Positions 37,232 through 47,421 are shown, counted from the stretch's first letter. The stretch: 64,000 nt of DNA from an uncultured Pseudomonadales bacterium (GCA_964633875.1 CAZWKL010000004.1:1971-65970); one strand, 5' to 3'. Numbers and translations are program-made. Notes: generated by a model not told the origin, from the letters alone.

Positions 37232-38218
37232 TTGAAAATGACTGATCAGACTTTTTTAGATAACTTCCAAGAAGAGGAGCGAAGAGGCAGATTTGTTCTG
37301 GTTGATGGTCACGCTTTAATTTACCGGGCTTATCACGCTTTTCCTGCTCTCACCAACTCCGCCGGGCAACTGGTGAACGCAGTTTATGGCTTCAGCCGAA
37401 TTTTGCTCAACGCTATTAATGATTTTGGTCCTGAGTACATCGCGGTGGCTTTTGATCATAAAGCTCCCACCAAACGCTCAGAAACTTTTGTGGCCTACAA
37501 AGCCCATCGTCCCAAGATGCCTGACGACTTAGTGCCGCAAATCGATATTATTAAAGACGTGATTGATGTTCTTAATATTCCCAGATTTGAGCAAGCTGGT
37601 TATGAAGCTGATGATTTGATCGGCACGGTGGCTGCCAGGCTCACTTTAGAGAAAAATCCCACTCAGTCGGGCGAGTTGCTTACCACCATTGTGACGGGTG
37701 ACAAAGACATGTTGCAGCTGGTTGATGATGACACTCATGTTTTCATTCCTGGGCGCGGCAAGTTCAGCCGGGACATCGAGTATAACGAAGACACAGTGAT
37801 GGAAAAACTCGGTATTCACCCCAACCAAGTGGTGGATTTCAAAGCCTTGATGGGTGATCCGTCGGACAATATTCCCGGGGTAAAAGGAGTGGGCAAAAAA
37901 ACCGCCCAAAAACTGATCCAAACTTTTGGCACGCTCGATCAACTCTACACGGCGGTGGAAACAGGCTCACAGCCGGAGCTTCTTAAAGGGGCGCTGCTTG
38001 ATAAACTCAAGGCAGAAAAGACTACCGCCTATCTCAGTCAAGAACTAGCCACTATTCTCAGAGATATTCCGATTGATTTTTCTCTGGAAAGCTGCCGGGT
38101 TTCAGAATATGATAAAACTAAAGTGGTGGAACTTTTCAAAACCCACGACTTTAATTCATTAATCAGACTGCTGCCTAATGACAAATTCGAACAAGGTGTC
38201 CAAGATGCCCTTTTTTAG
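37232..38218 (+). CDS. 5'-3' exonuclease (stand-alone Pol I N-terminal/FEN-like domain)
   Basis: FVLVDGHALIYRAYHAF...AFDHKAPTKR...EADDLIG...GDKDMLQL...GVKGVGKKTA, the PIN-like plus H3TH signature. Confidence 0.75.
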   Translation: MKMTDQTFLDNFQEEERRGRFVLVDGHALIYRAYHAFPALTNSAGQLVNAVYGFSRILLNAINDFGPEYIAVAFDHKAPTKRSETFVAYKAHRPKMPDDLVPQIDIIKDVIDVLNIPRFEQAGYEADDLIGTVAARLTLEKNPTQSGELLTTIVTGDKDMLQLVDDDTHVFIPGRGKFSRDIEYNEDTVMEKLGIHPNQVVDFKALMGDPSDNIPGVKGVGKKTAQKLIQTFGTLDQLYTAVETGSQPELLKGALLDKLKAEKTTAYLSQELATILRDIPIDFSLESCRVSEYDKTKVVELFKTHDFNSLIRLLPNDKFEQGVQDALF

Positions 38219-38227
38219 GAATACCAG

Positions 38228-39322
38228 ATGAAAGTAGCGCTGGTTCACGACTATCTCCGGGACTATGGCGGCGCTGAGCGCGTGCTTGAAGCGTTGCACC
38301 GAATGTTTCCGGATGCGCCGGTGTATGTGGCTTTTGTGGATCGGCAAAAGCTGGGGATTCATTGGGAAAAGTTTGCTGATTGGGATTTACGCCAAAGTTG
38401 GCTGACTAGAATTCCTTTCTATAAAAAGCTCTTTTCACCTTTGCGAGTCTGGGCGCCCAATTATTTCCAAGCCTTTGATCTCAGCGATTTTGATTTAGTT
38501 ATTTCCTCGAGTAACGCCTATTTTTCCAAAGCGGTAAGAGTGCCCAACGGCACTCATGTTTGTTATTGCCACACACCCGCCCGCTCTTTGTATGGTTACA
38601 CCACCATGACGGATTGGCAGAAAAACTGGCTGGTGAAGCTGGGTGGCAACCTAATCAATCATTACTTGCGGGTGGTGGATTTTCAGATAGCGCGGAAAGT
38701 GGCTTATTTTATTGCTAATTCCCAGGAAACTCAGCGGCGGATTACCAAATTTTACCGCCGCGATTCAACCGTGATTTATCCGCCGATTGCAATGCCGGAA
38801 AAATTGCCGGCCCAGAAAAAGCTAGGCGATTACTACCTTCATGTTGGCCGGATTGCCAGAAGCAAGCACGTGGATCTAGCCATTGAAGCCTGTACCAAAT
38901 TGGGTTTACCGCTGAAAGTTGGCGGGGCTCAGGGTATTAGCCACCTGGAAAAATTAGCCGGGCCGACGGTGGAGTTGCTGGGCGAAGTGACTGATGAACA
39001 GTTGCAAGAACTGTACTCGGGCGCCAAAGCGCTCTTGTTTCCGGCAGAAGATGAAGATTTCGGCATGATTCCGGTGGAAGCCATGGGCTATGGGGTGCCA
39101 GTGATTGCTCACCGCTCCGGCGGACCCTTGGAAAGCATTGCTGAGGGTAAAACCGGCGTCTTTTTCGATGAGTTTACCCCCGAAAGTTTAGCCGCCGCCA
39201 TCAAGAAAGCAGACAAAATCAGTTGGGACCGCCGAAAAATTCACGCTCACGCCAAGCAGTTCAGCACCGCTGCTTTCGAAAAAAATCTCCGTCAATTCTT
39301 GAAGACTTTGTTGACAACTTAG
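38228..39322 (+). CDS. Glycosyltransferase family 4 (GT-B fold)
   Basis: C-terminal EDFGMIPVEAMGYGVPVIAHRSGG (the E-x7-E region). Confidence 0.65.
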   Translation: MKVALVHDYLRDYGGAERVLEALHRMFPDAPVYVAFVDRQKLGIHWEKFADWDLRQSWLTRIPFYKKLFSPLRVWAPNYFQAFDLSDFDLVISSSNAYFSKAVRVPNGTHVCYCHTPARSLYGYTTMTDWQKNWLVKLGGNLINHYLRVVDFQIARKVAYFIANSQETQRRITKFYRRDSTVIYPPIAMPEKLPAQKKLGDYYLHVGRIARSKHVDLAIEACTKLGLPLKVGGAQGISHLEKLAGPTVELLGEVTDEQLQELYSGAKALLFPAEDEDFGMIPVEAMGYGVPVIAHRSGGPLESIAEGKTGVFFDEFTPESLAAAIKKADKISWDRRKIHAHAKQFSTAAFEKNLRQFLKTLLTT

Positions 39323-39349
39323 CAAACACGTTCTATTATTGCTAATAGG

Positions 39350-40072
39350 ATGATAGATCTAACCGCGCGCCAAGTGCAAATTTTAAGGGCCATTATTGAG
39401 GAGTTCATTGATACGGCCGAACCGGTCGGCTCCGACACCATCGACAAAAAGTTTTCCATCGGTGTTTCTCCGGCCACTATTCGCAACGAAATGGTTTACC
39501 TGTCCAAGCAGGGTTATTTAAACAAAACCCACAGCAGCGCCGGTCGAGTGCCAACCCCCCTGGCTTTCAAACTCTACGTCAATGAGCTGATGAAAGAGCA
39601 GGAACTAACGGTGGCCGACGAGGTTTCAGCCAAAGAAAAAATTTGGAACAGCCGCCAGGAAATTGACCGCCTGCTTTCTCAAATCACCAAAGTCCTGGCC
39701 GACCGCTCCAACGCCCTGGCGGTAGCGATGATTGATGAAGATCATCTCTATCACTCAGGCTATGCCAATTTGCTGCAGATGCCGGAATTTTATGATATTA
39801 AAGTGATGCGCAACGTACTGCAACTGATTGAAGAAACTAATTTACTTGAGGAAATTTTTGAATTTGGCGCCAGCGAAAATCTGGTTCAAGTAGTTTATGG
39901 CGCCGAACTGGGCAACAAAAACCTCGAGCCGGTGGGGGTCATTCACATGGCGCTTAATATTGGCGGCCAAGAGTGCCACATGGGAGTTTTCGGCTCCAGC
40001 CGCTTTGACTACTCGTACGTAATCCCGATGATGAAATACGTCCGGGGTCTGATTTTAGAAATAGTTGAGTAA
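39350..40072 (+). CDS. hrcA: Heat-inducible transcription repressor HrcA (short form)
   Basis: LTARQVQILRAIIEEFIDTAEPVGSDTI...IRNEMVYLSKQGYLNKTHSSAGRVPT, a winged helix. 240 aa. Confidence 0.75.
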   Translation: MIDLTARQVQILRAIIEEFIDTAEPVGSDTIDKKFSIGVSPATIRNEMVYLSKQGYLNKTHSSAGRVPTPLAFKLYVNELMKEQELTVADEVSAKEKIWNSRQEIDRLLSQITKVLADRSNALAVAMIDEDHLYHSGYANLLQMPEFYDIKVMRNVLQLIEETNLLEEIFEFGASENLVQVVYGAELGNKNLEPVGVIHMALNIGGQECHMGVFGSSRFDYSYVIPMMKYVRGLILEIVE

Positions 40073-40081
40073 TTTTCTAGT

Positions 40082-40951
40082 ATGAATATGACAAAAAATA
40101 GCGAGAGCGATCATCCTGTGAGCAATGACAGTGTAGGCCGCTTCATGGTAGCCGTAGGAGCGATTGTCGAGCACGAAGAGACAGAAACGATCTTGCTGAT
40201 CAAAAGAGCGGGCGCTGATTATGCCAGTGGAGCTTGGGAAGTGGGGTATGGCAGGCTTGATCAAGGCGAAAATCCGGAAGCTGGCTTGAAGCGAGAGTTC
40301 AAAGAAGAAACCGGCCTAGATATTAAGCCAAAAAAACTTCTCAACACCTGGTTTTTTAATCGTGGTGACAAGGAAGCTGCAGAAAACGAAGTTATTGGCC
40401 TGACTTATTGGGCCACAGCCAGCAGTCAAAAAGTGAAACTTTCTTCTGAACATTCCGAGTATCAGTGGCTAAGTCCGGAAGCAGCGCTAGAGTTGGCAGA
40501 GCCAAAATTAATTGCTAACGAAATTAGAGCTTTTATTGAGGCTAAAGCAGCGGCAAAAGAAGCTCAAGCAGCGGATCAGGCCAGGCAAAGGGCTCTGGCT
40601 GATTATCACAACTTGGTTCGCCGCACTCAGGCGGAGCGCGGTGAGTACACCAAGTTGGCAGCCAGTCAACTGATTGAAGACCTGATCGAACCGCTGGAAC
40701 ACCTAAGTATGGCTGCTGAACAACTCGATGATGAGGGCCTGACTATGGTGGTATCGCGGTTGTGGACAGTGTTGCACAGTCACGGTTTGGAAGAAGTCGA
40801 GGCTTTGGGCCGGGAATTTGCTGTCGAAACCATGGAAGCGGTGGATAAAGAAAACGGTGGCGACGTGGTGATTAAGGTCTTGCGGCGCGGCTATATTTTG
40901 AACGGCAAAGTTATTCAGCACGCCAAGGTTGTTTTGGGCGCTGATAACTAA
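40082..40951 (+). CDS. grpE: Fusion protein: NUDIX hydrolase domain plus GrpE nucleotide-exchange-factor domain
   Basis: Residues about 20-150 carry a Nudix box (GRLDQGENPEAGLKREFKEETGL). Residues about 165-289 align with GrpE (DYHNLVRRTQAE coiled-coil, LIEDLIEPLEHL, VIKVLRRGYILNGKVIQHAKVVL). Sits between hrcA and dnaK. Confidence 0.75.
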   Translation: MNMTKNSESDHPVSNDSVGRFMVAVGAIVEHEETETILLIKRAGADYASGAWEVGYGRLDQGENPEAGLKREFKEETGLDIKPKKLLNTWFFNRGDKEAAENEVIGLTYWATASSQKVKLSSEHSEYQWLSPEAALELAEPKLIANEIRAFIEAKAAAKEAQAADQARQRALADYHNLVRRTQAERGEYTKLAASQLIEDLIEPLEHLSMAAEQLDDEGLTMVVSRLWTVLHSHGLEEVEALGREFAVETMEAVDKENGGDVVIKVLRRGYILNGKVIQHAKVVLGADN

Positions 40952-40953
40952 TA

Positions 40954-40980
40954 CTAGCAGTCAAACAGTTTGTTTGCTAA
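40954..40980 (+). promoter_or_regulatory. CIRCE-like element upstream of dnaK
   Basis: CTAGCAGTC-AAACAGTTT-GTTTGCTAA matches the CIRCE consensus at 7/9 and 7/9 positions. It shares the left half (TAGCAGTC) with the groES element. Confidence 0.4.
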
Positions 40981-41049
40981 AATTAGGGAGTCAGTTTTAA
41001 CATTGTACAGTTAAAGCAAGAAAAATAAATATACTGGAAAGGATGAATT

Positions 41050-43002
41050 ATGGCAGATAATAAAGCCACCGGCAAAATCATCGGTATTGACTTGGGTACT
41101 ACCAACTCTGCAATTGCAGTGATGGAAGGCGGTACACCAAAAATTATTCCTACTTCAGAGGGCAGGAATACTTTTCCTTCAATTGTGGCTTTTAAAGGCG
41201 ACGAAACTCTAGTCGGGGATACTGCTAAACGCCAGATGGTGCTCAATTCTAAAAAAACTGTCAACTCAGTCAAGCGGTTTATGGGCGGCAAGTTCAAAGA
41301 TAAACGGGTTAAGGAAGCATTCAAACATGTGGCCTATGCAGTTGAGGAGGGCAAAGATGGTATGGCCGTCATCAAAATTGATGGCAAAACTTACACTCCT
41401 CAAGAAATTTCTGCCAAAATTTTGGCTAAAGCCAAAGCTGACGCGGAAAATTATCTAGGTGGCAAAGTTACCCGCGCGGTTATTACCGTGCCGGCTTATT
41501 TTGACGACTCCCAGCGTCAGGCTACCAAACAAGCCGGAGAAATTGCCGGACTGCAAGTAGAGCGGATTGTCAATGAACCCACCGCGGCCGCTCTGGCCTA
41601 CGGACTGGATAAGGCCGGTAACAAAACCATTGCCGTTTATGACCTGGGTGGCGGCACTTTCGATATTTCTATTTTGGAAATTGGTGATGGTGTCTTTGAA
41701 GTCAAATCCACTAATGGTGACACTTTCCTTGGTGGCGATGATTTTGACTCCCGGATTATTGATTGGATTGTGACTGAGTTCAAAAAAGAGCATGGCAAAG
41801 ACCTCTCCAAAGATCCTCAGGCGCTGCAGCGGATTAAAGATGCCGCCGAAAAAGCCAAGATTGAGCTTTCCAGCCGTCAAGAAACTGACATCAACCAGCC
41901 GTTTATTACCCAAGGCGATGACGGGCAACCCCTCCACCTCACCATGGCTATCGATAGAGCCAAGTACGAAGAGCTGGTCGATGACCTAATTGAAAGTACT
42001 TTTGGTCCGGTCAAGCAGGCGCTCAAAGACGCCGGCATGAAAGCTGCCGATGTTGAGGACATTGTTATGGTTGGCGGCATGACCCGGACTCCTAAAATTC
42101 AGGAAAAAGTCAAGGAGTTTTTTGGTAAAGACACTCACAAGGGTGTCAACCCGGATGAGGTGGTAGCGATCGGCGCTGCCATCCAAGCCGGAGTGATTGG
42201 CGGCGATGTGCAGGATGTGGTCTTGCTGGATGTTACACCGCTTACTCTCGGTCTGGAAACTCTGGGTGGGGTGCGAACACCGCTGATTGAGCGCAACACC
42301 ACTATTCCCACCAGCAAATCGCAAGTTTTTTCCACTGCGGCTGATAATCAAACCCAGGTAGAGATCAATGTGCTCCAGGGTGAGCGGGAAATGGCAGCGG
42401 ACAACAAGTCGCTTGGGCGCTTTATTCTTGACGGAATTCCGCCGGCGCGTCGAGGTATGCCGCAGATTGAAGTTATTTTTGATATCGACTCCAACGGTAT
42501 TCTCAACGTTACGGCTAAGGATAAAACCACTGGCAAGGAGCAGAAGATCACCATCCAGAACTCCACCAACCTTTCGGACGAAGAAGTGGAAAAGATGAAA
42601 CAAGATGCTGAGGCTCACGCAGAGGAAGATCAGGCCAAACGCGAACTGGTTGAGGCCAGAAATAAGGCCAGGTCGGTGGCTTTCGAACTCGAAAAGCAAC
42701 TGGATGAGTATGGCGATAAAGTGGCTGAAGATACCAAAAAAACCATCGCTGATAATATTGAAAAACTCAAAGAGTTGGCGGAAAAAGAAGATGCCACCAA
42801 AGAAACTTTAGACGCCGCGGTAGATGAAACCTTCGAATCGGCGCAAAAGATGGCTGAAGCGATGCAGCAAGCCCAAGCTGAGGCTGGTGCAGCTGCCGGG
42901 GCGGATAGCGAAGCCGACGAAGCTAGCGCTGCCGACACCGATAAGAAAGAAAGTAAAAAACCCAACGGCGAAGTTGAAGAAGGTGACATCGTGAACGAGT
43001 AG
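41050..43002 (+). CDS. dnaK: Chaperone DnaK (Hsp70)
   Basis: [18 protein letters not shown] and a GP-rich/EEVD-like acidic tail. Confidence 0.95.
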   Translation: MADNKATGKIIGIDLGTTNSAIAVMEGGTPKIIPTSEGRNTFPSIVAFKGDETLVGDTAKRQMVLNSKKTVNSVKRFMGGKFKDKRVKEAFKHVAYAVEEGKDGMAVIKIDGKTYTPQEISAKILAKAKADAENYLGGKVTRAVITVPAYFDDSQRQATKQAGEIAGLQVERIVNEPTAAALAYGLDKAGNKTIAVYDLGGGTFDISILEIGDGVFEVKSTNGDTFLGGDDFDSRIIDWIVTEFKKEHGKDLSKDPQALQRIKDAAEKAKIELSSRQETDINQPFITQGDDGQPLHLTMAIDRAKYEELVDDLIESTFGPVKQALKDAGMKAADVEDIVMVGGMTRTPKIQEKVKEFFGKDTHKGVNPDEVVAIGAAIQAGVIGGDVQDVVLLDVTPLTLGLETLGGVRTPLIERNTTIPTSKSQVFSTAADNQTQVEINVLQGEREMAADNKSLGRFILDGIPPARRGMPQIEVIFDIDSNGILNVTAKDKTTGKEQKITIQNSTNLSDEEVEKMKQDAEAHAEEDQAKRELVEARNKARSVAFELEKQLDEYGDKVAEDTKKTIADNIEKLKELAEKEDATKETLDAAVDETFESAQKMAEAMQQAQAEAGAAAGADSEADEASAADTDKKESKKPNGEVEEGDIVNE

Positions 43003-43047
43003 GCAAATTGCTTTTGTCTTACAAGTTGCTACAATTAAGCGATTATT

Positions 43048-43908
43048 ATGCCTACCAAACGTGATTATTACGATATTTTGGCAATTCAAAAGTCTGCTAC
43101 CGATAAGGAGATTAAAGCCGCCTACCGGAAGCAGGCTTTGAAGTGGCATCCCGACAAAAATCCTGACAAAAAAAAGGAGGCTGAGGAGAAATTCAAAGAA
43201 ATTAACGAAGCTTACCAAGTTTTGTCTGATCCTCAGAAACGCCAGCATTATGATCAGTTTGGTCACTCGGCCTTTGATCCGAGGGGCGGCATGGGTGGCA
43301 ATCCGTTTAGCGGCGCGCAATCAGGCCCTTTTACCTGGACTTATACCACTGGTTCGGGGAGCAATCCCTTTGAAGGCATGGATTTTGGTGATCCATTTGA
43401 TATTTTCGAGTCTTTTTTTGGAGGTGGTTTTTCTCGGGCGCAACAGCGCAAACGCTACTCGCTGAGCATTGATTTTATGGAGGCAGTGAAAGGCGTGGTT
43501 AAAGAGGTAGAAATTGATGGTAAAAAACACAAAATCAAGATTCCGGCCGGTGCCAATGATGGCACCCGTATTCGTTTTGATGATTTTGATGTCACCATCA
43601 ATGTGCGCTCTCACTCCAAGTACAAGCGCGACGGCTATGATCTGTATGTCGATAAAAAAATCCCTTATTCAATGGCAGTTCTTGGTGGAGTGACAGAAAT
43701 TGCTACTCTAAATGATAAAAAGTTGAAGTTAAAAGTCCGGGCTGGAACACAATCACACGCGTTGGTGCGGCTTCGGGGTGAAGGTGTGCCTCAGGTGCGG
43801 AGCAGCGGCAAGGGTGATTTGTATGTTCGTTTGATTGTGGCAGTGCCGGAGAAACCAACCGAAGAACAAAAGCGAGCTCTAGAGATGCTGAAAAAGACTG
43901 AACTATAA
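43048..43908 (+). CDS. dnaJ: DnaJ-family co-chaperone lacking the zinc-finger domain (class II/CbpA-like)
   Basis: J-domain with HPD (KWHPDKNPD), a G/F-rich region and C-terminal beta-domains. There are no CxxCxGxG repeats. Confidence 0.7.
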   Translation: MPTKRDYYDILAIQKSATDKEIKAAYRKQALKWHPDKNPDKKKEAEEKFKEINEAYQVLSDPQKRQHYDQFGHSAFDPRGGMGGNPFSGAQSGPFTWTYTTGSGSNPFEGMDFGDPFDIFESFFGGGFSRAQQRKRYSLSIDFMEAVKGVVKEVEIDGKKHKIKIPAGANDGTRIRFDDFDVTINVRSHSKYKRDGYDLYVDKKIPYSMAVLGGVTEIATLNDKKLKLKVRAGTQSHALVRLRGEGVPQVRSSGKGDLYVRLIVAVPEKPTEEQKRALEMLKKTEL

Positions 43909-43932
43909 ATTGCTTAGATGTTAGCTTTGCCA

Positions 43933-44640
43933 TCAACTAAAAAGAGTTTCTTCGTTGAGAATAGAAATTTCCGCTGTTGACTCAGCTGTTTTAATTGATG
44001 AAGTGAGCGCAGTCAGGTTTTGGTAATCAGGAATCCAAGCCAGAAAATAATATACTGATTTTTTCCCTGATGTATCAACTCTTTTCAATTCCAGCCCTGA
44101 AGTAAAAGGAGTGATCAAGTTGGTAATGGCGGTCAGTTGGTTTTCGGAATTGTTAGTGACGATTTCAAGGTACATTTTTTCGTGGTTGTTGAGGCCGGGC
44201 AGCGTCAGTCTGCCCCCCACCAGCTCACGCAAAACCAAAAAAGCCATGGTTACCACATAAAAGCCAATTGTCACGTCCCGCTGCCCGGCCCCCATGCCCA
44301 AACCCAAAGCAATAGTCAGGAAAATATAAGCCAGCTCTTCCGGTTCTTTAATAGCGGAGCGGAACCGGACAATAGAAAGCGCACCCACCAACCCCAGTGA
44401 CAGCGCAATAGAGGAGCGAATAATACTAATAATCATCATGGTAGTGATAGCTAGCAAAGGAAAAAGCGCCGCCAGCCGCCTCCGGTTTGAGAGCGCGTGA
44501 CCAAACCGCCGGTAAACATAGGCCAAAATTTCTGTCATCAAAATCAACAAAAGAGTGTTGATTAAAAACTCACCCAGATCGGGCATGGAAAAAACCATGT
44601 CCACTTGTAGCAGGTCGGCAATTCTTTGCATATTAGGCAC
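43933..44640 (-). CDS. DUF4956-like membrane protein
   Basis: N-terminal trio of TM helices plus a C-terminal soluble domain. The call leans on co-location with the CotH and VTC genes. Confidence 0.45.
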   Translation of the reverse strand: MPNMQRIADLLQVDMVFSMPDLGEFLINTLLLILMTEILAYVYRRFGHALSNRRRLAALFPLLAITTMMIISIIRSSIALSLGLVGALSIVRFRSAIKEPEELAYIFLTIALGLGMGAGQRDVTIGFYVVTMAFLVLRELVGGRLTLPGLNNHEKMYLEIVTNNSENQLTAITNLITPFTSGLELKRVDTSGKKSVYYFLAWIPDYQNLTALTSSIKTAESTAEISILNEETLFS

Positions 44641-44669
44641 TTCTTTCTAAAGCTTTCAAAGTAAGTATA

Positions 44670-46580
44670 CTAAAAAATTCCTAAGTTGAGGTACTCAAAC
44701 CATTGCTTTTTCCTAAATACAGCTTTGAATTCTTCTTGATTGTCTATTCTCAAGACCACGCGCTTGTCTTTTTTCCTCCGCTCAAGCACTTCTCCTTCCC
44801 AGTGATCAAAAACGTAATCCCTGGCAGGGTGAGCTTCGATGGCCATGTATGAATTAGTAAAAAACGTCCCTTGCCAGGGCAGCTCTTCACTCAGTTTATG
44901 AATCGCGCCTATACTAACCGCTCCACCCTCAGGCGGCTCACTCTTGAGGGTGATATAACTCAGACCTGGCAGATCATAAAAATCAGCCGTATCTTCAAAC
45001 ACGGCTTGGTGTCGGTGCTGAGCATAAACTTTCAGAAACTCAATTTGCTGCTCCCATTCTTCCTGAGTGGGAAAAACTTGTTCGGCCTGCTCATCTCTCC
45101 AACGCGCCACTTGGGCAGGCATTTCCGGTCGAATACTGGCCGCCAGCTGGTCAATAACTGTCATGACATACTCAGGTGAAAACTGATCGTTAAAAAGTTC
45201 AGCTGTTCGAGTCAGATATTCTTGCTTAACTTTGCTGTCGAAAAAAAGATTCATAAAGGGGAATTTGTTGTCGGAAAGACGATTATAGAGGTCATTTTGC
45301 GAACTCTTAATTACATCCTCAACAGTTTTCTTCTGATGAGCAAGGCCAACATCAAGATCGTAAAAAATCCAACGAAACCGGCCGTCAATGCTGCTTAATT
45401 CTTCTGGAGTTGCCCGCGCTGGCCGTTCGTAGCGCCAGAGCTTCACATTGCCAAATGGCCAATCAAAATTGCCTGAATAAAACTCAAAAATCATGTAATC
45501 AATGAAATTGGTAATATCAAAATTGACTGAGAATTCACTGTAATGAGCGCAGGAGGAGCAGTGTTGAGCAGCTTCAAAAAGGGTATTGTAATCATCCACT
45601 GCCTTGTTGTTGCCATAATCAAGCCGAGTTTTGCCGCGATCAACACCCACATCATGAGGAATTTCAATAATGCTTACCCGATTTTTGGAAATTCCGTACT
45701 TGTTAGCCAAATAATGCTGATCAATGCGTTCTCTGAGGAAATAAACACCCCAATATTCGCCGTTAAGATAGACTACCGCCGGTCTGACTGCCTGAGTATC
45801 AATGTCTGTCAGGTCAGACGCCAAAGTGTGCAGGAGAGCATCGCGGATGTAGCCGTGTTGCCAGTCGGTCGCTCCGGTCCTCAGCAGAAAGGTATTAAAC
45901 TTGGTGTAGTCAAGTTCAGGAAAAATGGGGTAATTAATTTGATCGGAATGGTTGAGGTAGCCGGCGTAAATGCGGAAGGATTTTTGGGGTAAACCAGTGC
46001 TGCCGCCGCCATGAATTCGCAGACCGATATCTTTTTGGAAACCGAGCCGGCCGTCAGGTTCGTAGAATGACAATTGAGCCGGCCGTTCCCACTCATCACC
46101 CTCTTCTTCAAAATTGACATAAATACCTCGCTCTTCATCCCAGAGATTTTCCGGATTGGTAGCGATATTGATCACTGCGATTTCGTGGTTGGTTTGGATA
46201 AAAACCGGAAAAGTATTAATTTTACCTACCTGTTGATTATTTCGAAAAGCCGCCGCCCGAATCGTGGTGGTTTTTTCTATCGAGATTGGCTCTTCATAGC
46301 GGCTGCTGGCCGTTGTCGGCTCAGAACCGTCAAGGGTGTAGTGGATTGCCACCGGCAGCAAACCGGAAGAATTGAGGGAAATTGCCGCCGGCTCGTTAAA
46401 AAAAGCCTCTTTTGGTGTCATGACAATATTAGTTTGCGGGCTGCCCATCAACAATAGTAAGCCTATAAAAAATAGGATGAGAATAGTCAGATAAACTACT
46501 TGAGAATGGCGCATGATTGAGAGCGGTTTTGTTGAGGTAGGTTTTTGGATAATCATAGAATAATGAGATGCGGATAACAC
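44670..46580 (-). CDS. CotH-family protein (atypical protein-kinase fold), membrane-anchored
   Basis: 636 aa with a signal-anchor and a LRIHGGGSTGLPQKSFRIYAG region resembling the CotH N-terminus. An alternative start at 46514 avoids the overlap with the VTC gene. Confidence 0.45.
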   Translation of the reverse strand: MLSASHYSMIIQKPTSTKPLSIMRHSQVVYLTILILFFIGLLLLMGSPQTNIVMTPKEAFFNEPAAISLNSSGLLPVAIHYTLDGSEPTTASSRYEEPISIEKTTTIRAAAFRNNQQVGKINTFPVFIQTNHEIAVINIATNPENLWDEERGIYVNFEEEGDEWERPAQLSFYEPDGRLGFQKDIGLRIHGGGSTGLPQKSFRIYAGYLNHSDQINYPIFPELDYTKFNTFLLRTGATDWQHGYIRDALLHTLASDLTDIDTQAVRPAVVYLNGEYWGVYFLRERIDQHYLANKYGISKNRVSIIEIPHDVGVDRGKTRLDYGNNKAVDDYNTLFEAAQHCSSCAHYSEFSVNFDITNFIDYMIFEFYSGNFDWPFGNVKLWRYERPARATPEELSSIDGRFRWIFYDLDVGLAHQKKTVEDVIKSSQNDLYNRLSDNKFPFMNLFFDSKVKQEYLTRTAELFNDQFSPEYVMTVIDQLAASIRPEMPAQVARWRDEQAEQVFPTQEEWEQQIEFLKVYAQHRHQAVFEDTADFYDLPGLSYITLKSEPPEGGAVSIGAIHKLSEELPWQGTFFTNSYMAIEAHPARDYVFDHWEGEVLERRKKDKRVVLRIDNQEEFKAVFRKKQWFEYLNLGIF

Positions 46581-47236
46581 AAAGACATCCCTTGCACGTA
46601 TTTTGACGACTTACTTAATCTAAAAGGAAAAAAGTTACTGATTTGTGCCGCCAGTTTTTCCGCTTCAAGGGCATATTTTAACTCGACAATAGTGTGAGGC
46701 AAGGTTTGCCGGGGGGTTTGTTGCCGGCTGCTTTTGGGGTGATCAAAGCGCAGGTTGGAGTCGACCGTTAGCCGCACCAGCCCATCGGCGGTAACGTAAT
46801 ACTGCCGCAGGTAGGCGTTTTTTAGCACCGGCCGGTACAGGCCGGCTTGTTCAAAGAAAAATTGGCTGTCTGTTTGAGCGATTTTCACCGGCAGCTTTGG
46901 TTGTTTTCTCAAGTCTGGGTCCACAGTCCTAGTACTTTTAGAGACCACTTCACCTTCTTTAGTTTTAATTTCCAGCGCGGTTTGACTCATGGCCTCAAAA
47001 TCGCCATACCAGCGCAAGCGAACTTTCTTTCTCGGACTGACGCCAGCCACATTTTCCCTCAAGTGAGCAAAATCAGTGGTGTCAAAGTAAGTATTGTTGA
47101 CTTGCCTGTCGGGATAAGCTTGCCTAAAGTGTCCGGGATGAGTGCGAAGCAAAGACGGCATGGCCAGAGCTTGTTCATAGCTGAGCACAAACTTTTTCTC
47201 AAACCTGGCTTCACGCACGGCAGCATCAGTAGGCAT
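46553..47236 (-). CDS. VTC-domain (polyphosphate polymerase/CYTH-like tunnel fold) protein
   Basis: RFEKKFVL...TVDSNLRF...HTIVELKY...SKY matches the VTC domain pattern. Confidence 0.6.
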   Translation of the reverse strand: MPTDAAVREARFEKKFVLSYEQALAMPSLLRTHPGHFRQAYPDRQVNNTYFDTTDFAHLRENVAGVSPRKKVRLRWYGDFEAMSQTALEIKTKEGEVVSKSTRTVDPDLRKQPKLPVKIAQTDSQFFFEQAGLYRPVLKNAYLRQYYVTADGLVRLTVDSNLRFDHPKSSRQQTPRQTLPHTIVELKYALEAEKLAAQISNFFPFRLSKSSKYVQGMSLCYPHLIIL

Positions 47237-47278
47237 ATACTTGCTTATTTTAACATTGAACTAACAGTTTTGAGAGCA

Positions 47279-47300
47279 GCCTTGACCCAGCCTTGACCCA
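47279..47300 (+). repeat. Perfect tandem direct repeat (GCCTTGACCCA)x2 in the divergent VTC/nusA promoter region
   Basis: Two adjacent identical 11-mers, each containing the -35-like TTGACC. Confidence 0.5.
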
Positions 47301-47421
47301 GACGCAGCTTGCATCTCTCCTCCAGATGAAGTACAATAAAGAGCGATGATGATGGAGGGCTCGGTAGTGGAGTCCTTTTTTGATCAACTTGATGAAATCA
47401 CTTGTATAAATAAAGGAAATT

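Noticed and set aside
41455-43320. Numerous antisense ORFs across dnaK and dnaJ
   Set aside because: Shadow ORFs with no homology. dnaK and dnaJ are unambiguous.
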